From assembly GCA_965279515.1 (NCBI GenBank), contig CBDIID010000003.1, positions 128,001-192,000 on the forward strand: 64,000 nucleotides of DNA. Reading direction: 5' to 3'. Position numbers and translations under genes: made by a program. Below, piece after piece: positions 21,172 through 31,311 of the stretch; within the stretch, counting starts at the first letter, position 1; each line of letters starts with the position of its first letter. Source of the DNA: Turneriella sp. GTDB lineage: Bacteria; Spirochaetota; Leptospiria; Turneriellales; Turneriellaceae. The notes under the pieces are model-generated. The model ran no database searches and was not told where the DNA came from. It saw only the letters and a program-made list of their open reading frames with translations.

Positions 21172-21828
21172 ATGGACAGCGAATCCTCTGAGATAAACGA
21201 GCGGCCAGAGATCTGGGAAACAGTTTTCGCAGAAAAGCAAACAATATGGGGATTCGAGCCGACGCTGTCGGCCATTTTTGCAAAGGATTACTTTGTTCGA
21301 TTGGGTATCAAGAATGTTCTCATACCTGGTGTCGGTTACGGTAGGAACGCGAAACCGTTTATAGAACACGGCATGTCCGTAACAGGAATTGAAATATCTA
21401 AAACAGCGATTTCTCTGGCTCGTTCGCAGCTAAAGCTAGAGATACCCATTCACCACGGTTCCGTGTCAAATATGCCGTTCGACACTCACCAATACGAAGG
21501 TATTTTCTGCTATGGACTAATCTACCTGCTGGATGCTGCCGGGCGGACAAAGCTCATCAGAAATTGCTGGGACCAATTGGCATCTGGCGGTGCCATGATC
21601 TTTACTGTCATCTCAAAAGAAGCGCCGATGTATGGGCAAGGCCCCCGGCTCGGAGACGACTGGTATGAAATTCATCCCGGTATGAAAATGTATTTCTACG
21701 ATGCCGATTCAGCCAAGCAGGAGTTCGGTGCTTATGGGCTTCTCGAACAATTCAAAATTGATGAACCACTACATACCGGCAGCTCATTTCCATTCATCAA
21801 TGTAGTATGCAGGAAGAACAAAGCGTAG
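21172..21828 (+). CDS. Class I SAM-dependent methyltransferase
   Basis: VLIPGVGYGRN, VTGIEIS and GSVSNMPF motifs; start uncertain. Confidence 0.9.
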   Translation: MDSESSEINERPEIWETVFAEKQTIWGFEPTLSAIFAKDYFVRLGIKNVLIPGVGYGRNAKPFIEHGMSVTGIEISKTAISLARSQLKLEIPIHHGSVSNMPFDTHQYEGIFCYGLIYLLDAAGRTKLIRNCWDQLASGGAMIFTVISKEAPMYGQGPRLGDDWYEIHPGMKMYFYDADSAKQEFGAYGLLEQFKIDEPLHTGSSFPFINVVCRKNKA

Positions 21829-21947
21829 ATCGCTAAGACCAAAATTTATCGTAAACCAAGGGGTGGTGAATTAATAAGCGCTCGATTAGATACCTCAAAA
21901 ATTGCGCCGCCATGGACGGCGGCGAAAAACAAAGGCGCACCTATGTC

Positions 21948-22162
21948 AGAGAACGTGGAATTTACCTGAGGTTGAGTGACGCTTCGTTCAACTTTGTATT
22001 CTGTAAAGCCATTTTGCGTCACTCAATCTGCCCGGAGCGCCTCGCGGCAAAGCACAAAACAAGCGTCCCGCTTGTGCTTTGTCCGCGATCTTTGGCGCGT
22101 AGGGCCGAGCACCCGAGGAGCTACGGCACCGCAGGGAGCGCAGCAGGTAAATTTTGTTGTGC
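21948..22162 (-). repeat. attC-like site, type B
   Basis: AAC...GTT bounded repeat. Confidence 0.88.
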
Positions 22163-22169
22163 GACGGAG

Positions 22170-22859
22170 TCAAAATTGCCGGTTTCTTGCTTGCGGGAAA
22201 AAACTGGAAAAAGATCGCTGAGCAAAATTTTCAATAAGATTTCGAGTAGATTTCTTCATTTTCGCATCTTTCGATGCGCTATATTCAGCGAGTTTTTGAG
22301 CCAAAAACTCGAAGCAGGCTGGGTTCATCTCAAGGACATAATCACTCAGAGAGGCCTGCTTTTTCTTTAGAACGGCTTTCTCGAATAACTGGATCAAATC
22401 AGGAATGCCATCAAAGGAAATATCACCATAATGACTTATTACCCCTATTTTTCGATAGGCCTCAGTATAAAGTGTGTCTTTCACAGGGAACCAAAACAGA
22501 AATGCGTATCGAGCAAGGTCTTCATCACTTAGCTTTTTAAGCCAATCGACTGGTGAACTGGAACTAGTTTGGCCAACTTGATTTTGTCTGATATTTTCTT
22601 TTTCAGCAAGCCTTCTTGAAAGTATGCGACTGCGAACCCAAAAGACACAAGCTAAAATCAGCGCGACGACTGCCAATACTTGCCAGCCATATAGGATAAT
22701 GAAATTTTGAAGCATCTTTAAGAAATCCAATATCAACTGTAGTAAGTTGCCAAGCCAGAGCCACAACGCAGCTACCGCTGCTAATATTCCAGTTGCAATT
22801 ACTTTTGACCAAACTGGGTCTTTCCAAATTTTAGCAAGCAAGCTCATAAAATGCCTCAT
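22170..22859 (-). CDS. Hypothetical membrane-anchored protein
   Basis: Fills cassette; WKDPVWSKVIA then two TM segments. Confidence 0.75.
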   Translation of the reverse strand: MRHFMSLLAKIWKDPVWSKVIATGILAAVAALWLWLGNLLQLILDFLKMLQNFIILYGWQVLAVVALILACVFWVRSRILSRRLAEKENIRQNQVGQTSSSSPVDWLKKLSDEDLARYAFLFWFPVKDTLYTEAYRKIGVISHYGDISFDGIPDLIQLFEKAVLKKKQASLSDYVLEMNPACFEFLAQKLAEYSASKDAKMKKSTRNLIENFAQRSFSSFFPQARNRQF

Positions 22860-22869
22860 TGACTCTGTC

Positions 22870-23080
22870 GCACAACGTTGGAATTTCGCGAGGTGATTGA
22901 CGCGTCAATAAAACTGGTCTTATATGAAGCAGCTTCGCGTCAATCATCTGCCCGGAGCGCTTCGCGAGCCTGCCAAAAACACACCTCCCGGTGTGGCAGG
23001 CGCAGCGATCTTTAGCGCGTAGGGCCGAGCACGCGACCCAACGGAGTGGTCGCGGGCGCAGCGCGAAATTCTTGTTCTCT
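22870..23080 (-). repeat. attC-like site, type G
   Basis: gaatttcgcg ... cgcgaaattc stem. Confidence 0.88.
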
Positions 23081-23193
23081 GCAGTGTTTAGCTACGTTAG
23101 CCGCGGGCGACATGGAGGTCGCTCGCGGACGGCTTTGCCAGAATTAAGAGCTTTTTCTGGGCAAATTTATACACTGTATGTACATTGTACATA

Positions 23194-23484
23194 GTGAAGC
23201 TGGCTTTTGTATGGGATGAAGCCAAGAATCTCGAGAATATTAGGAAGCATGGAGTCTCTTTCAAGGAAGCCAGCACGATCTTTGGCCGTATACCGTATGA
23301 GATTTACGATGATCCAGATCATTCAGAAAAGGAGCATCGGTATCTGGCAATCGGCTTCAGCGATAAGGCTCGCGCCTTACTGGTAAGCCATACTGAAAAT
23401 GCGACTGGCACAGAGATTAGAATTATATCTGCTCGCAAAATGACGAAACAAGAACGGGCAGACGCGTTTGGAGGCAAACTATGA
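23194..23484 (+). CDS. brnT: BrnT family toxin (second copy)
   Basis: Diverged copy of 309-599; GTG start. Confidence 0.9.
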   Translation: MKLAFVWDEAKNLENIRKHGVSFKEASTIFGRIPYEIYDDPDHSEKEHRYLAIGFSDKARALLVSHTENATGTEIRIISARKMTKQERADAFGGKL

Positions 23485-23711
23485 GAAAGGAATATGATCT
23501 AACCAAACTGACGAAGGCTTCGCCTAAATACTTGAAACACATAAAGAAGCCGGTGACGATTCGGCTTGAGCCACAGATAATTGCATATTTTAAGGGCCTG
23601 GCAGAAACTACCGGATTGCCTTACCAATCGTTACTGAATTTTGTTCTACGCGACTATGCTAACGAGAACAGGAAACCCAATGCGAATTGGGGAAAAGTAG
23701 CTTCGCGCTAA
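23481..23711 (+). CDS. brnA: BrnA family antitoxin (second copy)
   Basis: One amino-acid difference from 596-826. Confidence 0.88.
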   Translation: MRKEYDLTKLTKASPKYLKHIKKPVTIRLEPQIIAYFKGLAETTGLPYQSLLNFVLRDYANENRKPNANWGKVASR

Positions 23712-23759
23712 GGCGGCCGGCAAGGATGCCGGACGCTCTTCTCTATTGCTAAACATTGC

Positions 23760-23976
23760 AGAGAACGTGGATTTTACGCTGACGTTTTTTGACGCTTGTG
23801 TCATTTAATCAAATTGTAAAGCCGATTTGCGTCAAAAAATGTGGTCGTAGCGGCTCGCGGCGACGCGCGAAAATACACCTCCCGGTGTGCGCGTCGTCCG
23901 CGATCTTTGCCGCGTAGGGCCGAGCACGCGAGGAGCTACGGCACCGCAGCGGCGCAGCGCGTAAAATTTGTTCTCT
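23760..23976 (-). repeat. attC-like site, type A
   Basis: AAC...GTT bounded repeat. Confidence 0.88.
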
Positions 23977-24108
23977 GACGTAGTTGCGCGTGACCACCCG
24001 ACCAAGGATGGGCGGGTGGGCATTCGAATAAGAGTCTTGCCTGGAATAATGATTAGTTGACCTTGTATCTTGCGATCAATTATGCTTTTTATGGCTGGCT
24101 CTTCCCAA

Positions 24109-24696
24109 ATGTTGAATTTTCGACTTGGACTCATCAGTACCATTCCTATACTGATATTTGTTCAATGTAACGTATTGAGTGTCTCTTATAAACGACGCAG
24201 TGATTTAAGAGAGCCTGAAATTTGCCCGCAAAGTAAGCGAACAGCGCCAGTTGGCTATAATTTATTCTCGACTAATCGGTTTCAAATACAAACTGATCTC
24301 AAAGTTAGCTGGGAAGCCCATCGGTATTGGGCTCTTGCTTCAATCATACCAACCCTTGGTTTCTTGCGAACTGTCGCTATGAACTCTATCGAATTAAAGG
24401 TTACTAACAACAGGCCGTTACCAATAATATTTTCTCAATGTGATGTACTTTTTTTTGATACGAATAATATTTCTACAAAAATAGGAGTTAGTGTTCCAAA
24501 CTGTGAGCAATTACCTAAGTACACAGTTTTACCACAAAAGACCGTTCAAATCGATGTCGAACAAGAAGAAATGACTGTCGCTAGTTTAAAGACTATCAAG
24601 ATAAATTTCAGGTCTGCGAGCCAGACCGATTTGTTGTCACAGGACATTAACATCGAAGAAGATTGGAGCCTCTGCTTTTCGGCAATAAACCGTTAG
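24109..24696 (+). CDS. Putative lipoprotein
   Basis: MLNFRLGLISTIPILIFVQ-C leader. Confidence 0.68.
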   Translation: MLNFRLGLISTIPILIFVQCNVLSVSYKRRSDLREPEICPQSKRTAPVGYNLFSTNRFQIQTDLKVSWEAHRYWALASIIPTLGFLRTVAMNSIELKVTNNRPLPIIFSQCDVLFFDTNNISTKIGVSVPNCEQLPKYTVLPQKTVQIDVEQEEMTVASLKTIKINFRSASQTDLLSQDINIEEDWSLCFSAINR

Positions 24697-24755
24697 AATT
24701 GCAAGAAACTCTGCGCCGCCACGGATGGCGGCGAAGTAAAGCGCGCAACTATGTC

Positions 24756-24978
24756 AGAGAACGTGGAATTTACACGAGGTCGATGGTGCGTCGCACAATG
24801 AAGACTGGCTTATTTGGAAAGCCGCGTATCAAGCACCATCGATCTGCCGTAGACCGCTCGTTGCGCCTGACCAAACAAACGTCCCGTTTGTCAGGCGTCA
24901 ACGATCTTTGCGGTCGGAGGCCGAGCACGCGAGGAGCTACGGCACCGCAGCGAGCGCAGCGTGTAAATTTTGTTGTAC
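24756..24978 (-). repeat. attC-like site, type C
   Basis: AAC...GTT bounded repeat. Confidence 0.88.
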
Positions 24979-25025
24979 GCAGTTGCCGATCGAATACAAC
25001 CTGTCTTTGATGAGATTTTGGTAAA

Positions 25026-25469
25026 TTATGTAATTTCACCGACCATGCCGTCCCAATACAAGGTTTCACTCTCAAGCTTAGAAAAGCGTCTAAGCAATCG
25101 CCCTAGATTGTTTATGCCAGCCGGTTCGCATGGAATCGAAAAATCAGTAAGAGCCCGAATTGGATGATCCAAATTGTTGGCAAATCTAAGGTTAATCGCC
25201 GCATGGCCGCTTGAATCTATTAAATAAACCCGGAATCTAAAGAAGAAGGCAAATCTAGCTTTTGGGTCTTCGGAGCCTAATTCCCAAAGAAAATTGTCCT
25301 TATTATTCTTAGGAAATTCTTCTAAGGCATTGGCGCATAAAATAAGTGATTCTGCATTATCATAAATTTCTAGTTCACCAGCTTGGTGACCATTCGAAGC
25401 CTCAATAACTAAATTTATGTGATAAGGCTCTTCGTACGGAATTCTCACTAATTTCAATGAATTCTTCAT
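25026..25469 (-). CDS. Hypothetical protein
   Basis: Fills cassette. Confidence 0.75.
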   Translation of the reverse strand: MKNSLKLVRIPYEEPYHINLVIEASNGHQAGELEIYDNAESLILCANALEEFPKNNKDNFLWELGSEDPKARFAFFFRFRVYLIDSSGHAAINLRFANNLDHPIRALTDFSIPCEPAGINNLGRLLRRFSKLESETLYWDGMVGEIT

Positions 25470-25493
25470 GTGTAATTATCTCTCGGCAATTGC

Positions 25494-25709
25494 GTACAAC
25501 GCGGAATTTACCTGACGTTTGGTGACACCTGTGTCATTAATTTAGATGGAAAAGCCGCCTTGTGTCACCAAATGTGCCCGGAGCGCCTCGCGGCAAAGCA
25601 CAAAACAAGCGTCCCGCTTGTGCTTTGTCCGCGATCTTCTGGCGCGCAGGGCCGAGCACGCGAGGAGCCACGGCACCGCAGCGAGCGCAGCAGGTAAATT
25701 TTGTTGTGC
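25494..25709 (-). repeat. attC-like site, type B
   Basis: AAC...GTT bounded repeat. Confidence 0.88.
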
Positions 25710-25738
25710 GTCGTAGTTAAACTGGCAAAAATGTTTGT

Positions 25739-27253
25739 TTACTCCTGTGCTCCAAGTAAGTATCCAGAGGTAAGACCTTTGGACTTTAGCCAATCTTTAA
25801 CGGCGGTTTTATTGCCTGCAATAACGCTATCAATTTCGCTATCTTTCGGAAGGGACCAAAACTGAATACCTATTAGCCTGGAGAAAATATTGCGGATTTT
25901 GTCAAAATCTGTATCCGTCAATTCTCTATAGAATGGCCGCGCTCGCTCATCACTATCAGTAATTTCAAGTTTTGCACAGACTGCATCGCGAAATAATTCC
26001 GACCATGCCATGATGCTCTTTGAAGCGAAAATGCGTTCTAACTTGATTTGTTCCGTTTTTGTAGGGGAAGAATCTTTGTTCCAGTTAAAGAGAGCCAAAT
26101 CAAACAAAATATTCAATAACTGTATATTGTTTGAAAACTCAAGTTCACGTTTGTAACTATCGCTGGCCATATTGTCCGCAACCGGCTCAGTGTTCAAGAA
26201 GCACGAAAAAATAGATTTTGAGAGCATATCGACGGTAATTGGCTCCTCCATTGAGCCACGATTGCTGCTAGAAATAAGAGATTTCATCTTATTCGTTGGG
26301 TCATTCAGAACTGAATCGTACAGGTAGCTGCGAAACCTTTTGTTCCTTTCTGCACGCGTCATTGTTGTATCTTGAATCCTTTCTAAATATTCCAAGAAGC
26401 CAATTTCTGATTTGACTTGGCCGTCTTCGATGTTCTTGTATGCTTCGAAATCTTTGCCAAACTGTTGACCTAATTTTTGAATCAGGACTGGTGAAAAAAA
26501 TCTGGTTTGAGCAAACCTGTCATGGGCTGCAATGTTTGTTTGGTTTAGAATTCGTATTTCTGGGTTAACGTAGATTTTGCATTCTAGAATTTTCCGGCCA
26601 TTCCACAACAGAGCGGCGGCCTTATGCTGCCCATCAAACAGTAGTATTTTATCGCCTTTCACCCTGCCGATTGATGGCTGCAAAACCGGATAAATCTGAA
26701 AATGTCGGTATAATTCAAAAACTTTGTCAAAAATTAGATATCGAGGCTGCAAGCCAATAGATTGATCATCTTCATCATCGCTGTTGAGAATATCGATTGG
26801 CAAATTACCGTAAAAATATTTCCATTTCGTCAGAGGACACACATGCAGGTCAAAAGCATTATTAAACGAATGATTTTCTGCACTGATGATCTTGCCGCTT
26901 TCCTTAAGCGATACAGATTGGCCAAAATCTGTAATTAGCTTCTTTGTCTTAAAGAATTCAAGCAGGTGCTTTAATGTTTGTTTTTCACCGTTCTCGAAAA
27001 ATTCTTCGATTTGCAACTTAATTCGGAAGTCTTCAAGAGGCAGCATACCCTTTGCTTTGTTGTGAAATTCGCACATTGGTGCAATATTGTCCAGTTCGCT
27101 TTGACCACCAAGGGCATGGGCTCTAATGTGATCAAAATGGAGTTTGTCACTTTCGGGAATGTCATGATTATTGGCGAAGCATTTGCGACCAAATCTGGTA
27201 AGAATGGTCTTCTTCTCTTCTTCGTTTAGTTGTCTTTTTAAAGTTATAGCCAT
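25739..27253 (-). CDS. HNH endonuclease fused to a ParB/DGQHR-like domain
   Basis: HFDHIRAHALGG...NIAPMCEFHNKAK; LLFDGQHKAAA. Confidence 0.8.
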   Translation of the reverse strand: MAITLKRQLNEEEKKTILTRFGRKCFANNHDIPESDKLHFDHIRAHALGGQSELDNIAPMCEFHNKAKGMLPLEDFRIKLQIEEFFENGEKQTLKHLLEFFKTKKLITDFGQSVSLKESGKIISAENHSFNNAFDLHVCPLTKWKYFYGNLPIDILNSDDEDDQSIGLQPRYLIFDKVFELYRHFQIYPVLQPSIGRVKGDKILLFDGQHKAAALLWNGRKILECKIYVNPEIRILNQTNIAAHDRFAQTRFFSPVLIQKLGQQFGKDFEAYKNIEDGQVKSEIGFLEYLERIQDTTMTRAERNKRFRSYLYDSVLNDPTNKMKSLISSSNRGSMEEPITVDMLSKSIFSCFLNTEPVADNMASDSYKRELEFSNNIQLLNILFDLALFNWNKDSSPTKTEQIKLERIFASKSIMAWSELFRDAVCAKLEITDSDERARPFYRELTDTDFDKIRNIFSRLIGIQFWSLPKDSEIDSVIAGNKTAVKDWLKSKGLTSGYLLGAQE

Positions 27254-27320
27254 TTAGAATTTCCTATTGGGACTTGTTCTTATTCTCTCGTGAAAAGATA
27301 TATTATTTTTTAACTATGAC

Positions 27321-27539
27321 GCACAACGTGGAAAATACCCGAATTGCGCCCCCGCGGGTGTAAAGTGTAAATAATCACGGCTTTATGTGACTTTCGCGGG
27401 AGCGCATTTGCCCGAAGCGCCTCGCGGCAAAGCACAGAACAAGCGTCCCGCTTGTGCTTTGTCCGCGATCTTTGGCGCGCAGGGCCGAGCACGCGAGCCA
27501 ACGAAGTGCTCGCGGCGCAGCGGGTATTTTTTGTTAGCC
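27321..27539 (-). repeat. attC-like site, type D (mosaic)
   Basis: D outer stem with B-type inner hairpin. Confidence 0.88.
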
Positions 27540-27727
27540 GCCGTTACCGGATTCGCGCGGCTGGCGAGCAACCCGAAGGTCAGCGAGATACTGTAGTTCG
27601 ATATTATTAGTAACCGAGGAGTTGTCGCCAGGATCAAAGGCGTAAGCAGCGAAATCTGGTTGTACTCTCTGATAACAAATCCTCTTTTTCTCCCCTTCGG
27701 GGCGCGAAGGAGGTAATGGTGGCTAAC
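27533..27727 (-). other. ORF-less 195-bp cassette
   Basis: Matching end IRs gttagccgccgttacc / ggtaatggtggctaac; no ATG-started ORF of note. Confidence 0.8.
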
Positions 27728-27938
27728 GTTGGATTTTACGCTGACGTTTTTTGACGCTTGTGTCATTTATTCAATCTGTAAAGCCGATTTGCGTCAAAAA
27801 ATGTGGTCGTAGCGGCTCGCGGCGACGCGCGAAAACACACCTCCCGGTGTGCGCGTCGTCCGCGATCTTTGCCGCGGAGACCCGAGCACGCGAGGAGCTA
27901 CGGCACCGCAGCGGCGCAGCGCGTAAAATTTGTTGGGC
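27721..27938 (-). repeat. attC-like site, type A
   Basis: AAC...GTT bounded repeat. Confidence 0.88.
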
Positions 27939-28029
27939 GCCGTTGTCGCTACGTAAAGCTCGGCCAAGGAGGGCCGAGCGTGAGCCTTTTCCCCTGATTA
28001 TTCGAGAAAATGCTTTTTAGCCTGTTCAC

Positions 28030-28569
28030 ATGAAACAATTCGGAATTATGTCGCATTGGGGATGGACCATATTTCTTGTCATACTACTTGGGTGTAAAAC
28101 CGCCCCGCCGGATTCGGTTGAAACGCTTAATGATGTTCAATTAGAAGAGGACGAAGACCCCGCTGATTCAACGCGACTTATAATCAAGAAAATTGGACAT
28201 ACAGAGGCCAATGGCTTCAGACAATTAAGTGTACGAATCGAAATTTCTAGCTACGGCGAAGTTATGCAGTCTTTTCAAGAGCTCTTCATTACTTTTGGCT
28301 CGATTGAAAAGCTAGTCTTCGGTGAAAAGATTGCCTATTTCATTTCATGCGACAGGCAAGGGTCAACTTGGGCTGCCAAGAAAGCCATTATTGTATGGGA
28401 TAAAGAAGGCATTTGGAGTATTTTGCCGCTGCATTTTGATCGCGCCACGCTTCATAAAAATGAGAAGCGTTTCCTGATAGATGAGAAAATTGGCGTGATC
28501 GGCGAAAATCCTACTGGGAACCAGCTCTATGAGTTCAATGATGGCTTGCTAACATTGTATAAACCCTGA
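28030..28569 (+). CDS. Putative lipoprotein
   Basis: FLVILLG-C lipobox. Confidence 0.75.
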   Translation: MKQFGIMSHWGWTIFLVILLGCKTAPPDSVETLNDVQLEEDEDPADSTRLIIKKIGHTEANGFRQLSVRIEISSYGEVMQSFQELFITFGSIEKLVFGEKIAYFISCDRQGSTWAAKKAIIVWDKEGIWSILPLHFDRATLHKNEKRFLIDEKIGVIGENPTGNQLYEFNDGLLTLYKP

Positions 28570-28639
28570 CTGACGTCATCCTGTTCAGCTTGCAAACAGG
28601 CGCGCAAGGATGCGCGCGAAATCGAAATTGATTTATGCG

Positions 28640-29974
28640 GGTACAATATCAGAACATCGGTAACGAAAAGTCATCACGACATCGGTAACAGTTCTGCCTC
28701 AGGCTTTGCCGTGGTTTCCTCCTGATTTGGTGTAAACAAATAATTGTTCCGATCGATGTAGCCCAATAGCAGGCTACCGAAGTAGACGTCGATGCGCATG
28801 TCGGCGATAAACCGGAGCCCGATCGGGTAGCCGTTAAAAGAATTGCCGATAAATATCCGGTGCTGCTTGTAGTTGGTGTAACCGCGGTCATTTACGATGC
28901 GTACGATGCAATCCTCAGGGTAGGCGGGTAGTACGTCGCCAGTATACGGAATTTCAGATGGTAGGTAGAACTCTGATGGCGTCCTCATGCCCAGGGCTTC
29001 ATGCGGTCGCACATTGTTGAAGTCTTCGCGCCACTGATCAAACGAAATCTGGTGAAGCTTTAGATCACCGCGAATGCGCCCCTGCAGTTCCGTGCGGATG
29101 TCTCTGTGCATACGCTCATGTCCGCCATTCTGCGCTGGCTTTCCCGGATCAATGCGGTCCAGAGAAATTCCCAAGGACAGCCACCAGACTGACAATTTTG
29201 TCAGGCCAAAGAGGCCCCACGATGATGCGAAAGGAGTTCCGTTGTCAGAGCGAATAATTTCCGGCAGACCATAGCGTTTGAAGAGTCTGGCAAAGTGTTG
29301 TTTTACATTGGAAATATTGCCCTTTTCCAGTATCTGTATCGACAGGATGTACTTACTGTACTCATCGCGAACTGTCAGAGGTTCGCATTTCTCTGCATGT
29401 GCAGTATACCACCACCCCTTGAAATCAACCGTCCATATGTGATTGGGATGCGTCGCCTTTTCGCGAAGCATCAGCCTCTCTCCGGTTCTGCGGCGCTTCT
29501 TTCCTCTTGGCCTTGTCAGACCAGAGCGCGCCAGAAGGCGATCGACTGTAGGCACTGAAATATCGCCTTTGCGCTCGGGGTAAAGCCTGCAGAAGACCGC
29601 ATAGATCTTCTTGGCTCCCCAGCGAGGCCTGTTATTCTTTATGCGAATAATGTCGCAGATTGTTTCTTCGTCAGTGCGGTTCGGATTGCCTCCTGGTTTT
29701 CGTGACAACTCCGCCAATCCAGCTAAGCCTTTTTCCAGAAACCTTGCCTTCCACTTGTACCCTGTCTTGGTGCTGATACCAAACTCGCGGCACAGCTCTG
29801 TGAAACTCTCTACGCCCTCCAGGGCGCGAAAGACAAAAGATCTTTTCTCTTCCATTTTGGTAACCTCTTTCCACGGCATTTGAGCCCCCTGCCGAAGGCA
29901 GGCAAAAGCCCGTTGCGAAGCAAAGTGTTACCGATGTCTTGATAGAAATGTGTTACCTATGTCGTGATAGTACC
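28640..29974 (-). mobile_element. IS481-like insertion sequence, copy 3
   Basis: 1335 bp; 4-bp TSD TGCG. Confidence 0.93.
28674..29879 (-). CDS. IS481-family DDE transposase
   Basis: Identical protein to copy 1. Confidence 0.92.
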   Translation of the reverse strand: MPWKEVTKMEEKRSFVFRALEGVESFTELCREFGISTKTGYKWKARFLEKGLAGLAELSRKPGGNPNRTDEETICDIIRIKNNRPRWGAKKIYAVFCRLYPERKGDISVPTVDRLLARSGLTRPRGKKRRRTGERLMLREKATHPNHIWTVDFKGWWYTAHAEKCEPLTVRDEYSKYILSIQILEKGNISNVKQHFARLFKRYGLPEIIRSDNGTPFASSWGLFGLTKLSVWWLSLGISLDRIDPGKPAQNGGHERMHRDIRTELQGRIRGDLKLHQISFDQWREDFNNVRPHEALGMRTPSEFYLPSEIPYTGDVLPAYPEDCIVRIVNDRGYTNYKQHRIFIGNSFNGYPIGLRFIADMRIDVYFGSLLLGYIDRNNYLFTPNQEETTAKPEAELLPMS

Positions 29975-29986
29975 TGCGACAATGGC

Positions 29987-30202
29987 GCCCAACGTGGAAT
30001 TTACCTGACGTTTGGTGACACTTGTGTCATTAATTTAATAAGGAAAGCCAAATTGTGTCACCAAATGTGCCCGGAGCGCCTCGCGGCAAAGCACAAAACA
30101 AGCGTCCCGCTTGTGCTTTGTCCGCGATCTTCTGGCGCGTAGGGCCGAGCACGCGAGGAGCCACGGCACCGCAGCGAGCGCAGCAGGTAAATTTTGTTGT
30201 AC
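29987..30202 (-). repeat. attC-like site, type B
   Basis: AAC...GTT bounded repeat. Confidence 0.88.
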
Positions 30203-30221
30203 GTCGTGTTTGGGGATCAAT

Positions 30222-31226
30222 TTAGTAAGGTGTTCTCTTTATCCAGTTAAGGTATTCTGGGCTTCGTTGACTTCCGTAGTTTGTAAGGGCTTCATTAAGC
30301 CAATCTTTGGGGTTTGGCTTTGCTTGAATATTAAACTTCGGATCATCCATACATTCCGCGAAGTAATATACTATTTTACCCTTATGACCGAAAATGGTGA
30401 CGATAGTTCTGGTTAGTTCGCCCCGTTCATTTGGGTGATGTTTTTTGTAGCTTTCAAGGTAAACAAAATACTCTAAGAGTTTATCGTATTGTATCGGCGC
30501 AGCTTTACCGACGAAGATTTTTTGGGGTTTCAAGAAAGATAGGTTTCGCCTCGCTTTACTTTCAAAATATTTATCAATCGCAGCTATGTTGTCAGACATT
30601 AGGTGTTTCTTTATATTTTCAAAGCTATGAATATCATTCGAGTAGTGGTATATTACCTGTTGGGATTGACTTGTGTCAAAACTAAAAAAATTACTGTCCG
30701 GAAAAACGGGCTTCAGTATGTAGGTTTGAGTTTTCTTATTGGGATCGAAGAGTTGAGTTAAAATTTTCTCAGATTCTTGTTCTGTTACTGTAGGACCATC
30801 ATCCTTCGGAAAAAAGATGCGCACTAAACTGTATATTTTTGGGGCTTCGTACAAAATGTAGGCAACATATGTTATTTTGAACTGAGGATCATCTTTGCTC
30901 TTTAAGACGGCCGAAAGTCGCGTTTTGCCAATTAAAGTACTAATCTTAATTTCACTCACATGCGGCTCGGCCTTAGATAACCATTCTTTTCTCCGCTGTT
31001 CTAAATCATCGATGTGAAAGCCGCCATATTCTACCTCCACTAATGGCATTGAAAATTTAGCTTTATCGGTCATGCCTGCGCTGAGCTCAATGGCCTTTAG
31101 GTCATTTTCTGTTGCGAAATAACTGGCTACTCTCCTGTTCGGAAAATTCGGGACAAATTTATATTCAGCAATATCTTCAGACCACAAGGGAATCGAAGCT
31201 AAAAAAACAAGGACTATTGCTTTCAT
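30222..31226 (-). CDS. Hypothetical exported protein
   Basis: Signal peptide MKAIVLVFLASIPLWS; fills cassette. Confidence 0.78.
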   Translation of the reverse strand: MKAIVLVFLASIPLWSEDIAEYKFVPNFPNRRVASYFATENDLKAIELSAGMTDKAKFSMPLVEVEYGGFHIDDLEQRRKEWLSKAEPHVSEIKISTLIGKTRLSAVLKSKDDPQFKITYVAYILYEAPKIYSLVRIFFPKDDGPTVTEQESEKILTQLFDPNKKTQTYILKPVFPDSNFFSFDTSQSQQVIYHYSNDIHSFENIKKHLMSDNIAAIDKYFESKARRNLSFLKPQKIFVGKAAPIQYDKLLEYFVYLESYKKHHPNERGELTRTIVTIFGHKGKIVYYFAECMDDPKFNIQAKPNPKDWLNEALTNYGSQRSPEYLNWIKRTPY

Positions 31227-31282
31227 ATTCGGTTAATAGATTTTAGAAAGCCTATGGTGAAAAGTAAAATAGTCAAGCCACG

Positions 31283-31299
31283 TATGTCGTGATAGTACC
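31283..31299 (-). mobile_element. 17-bp IS end remnant
   Basis: TATGTCGTGATAGTACC is identical to the terminus of the three IS copies. Confidence 0.75.
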
Positions 31300-31311
31300 C
31301 CCAAACATGAC

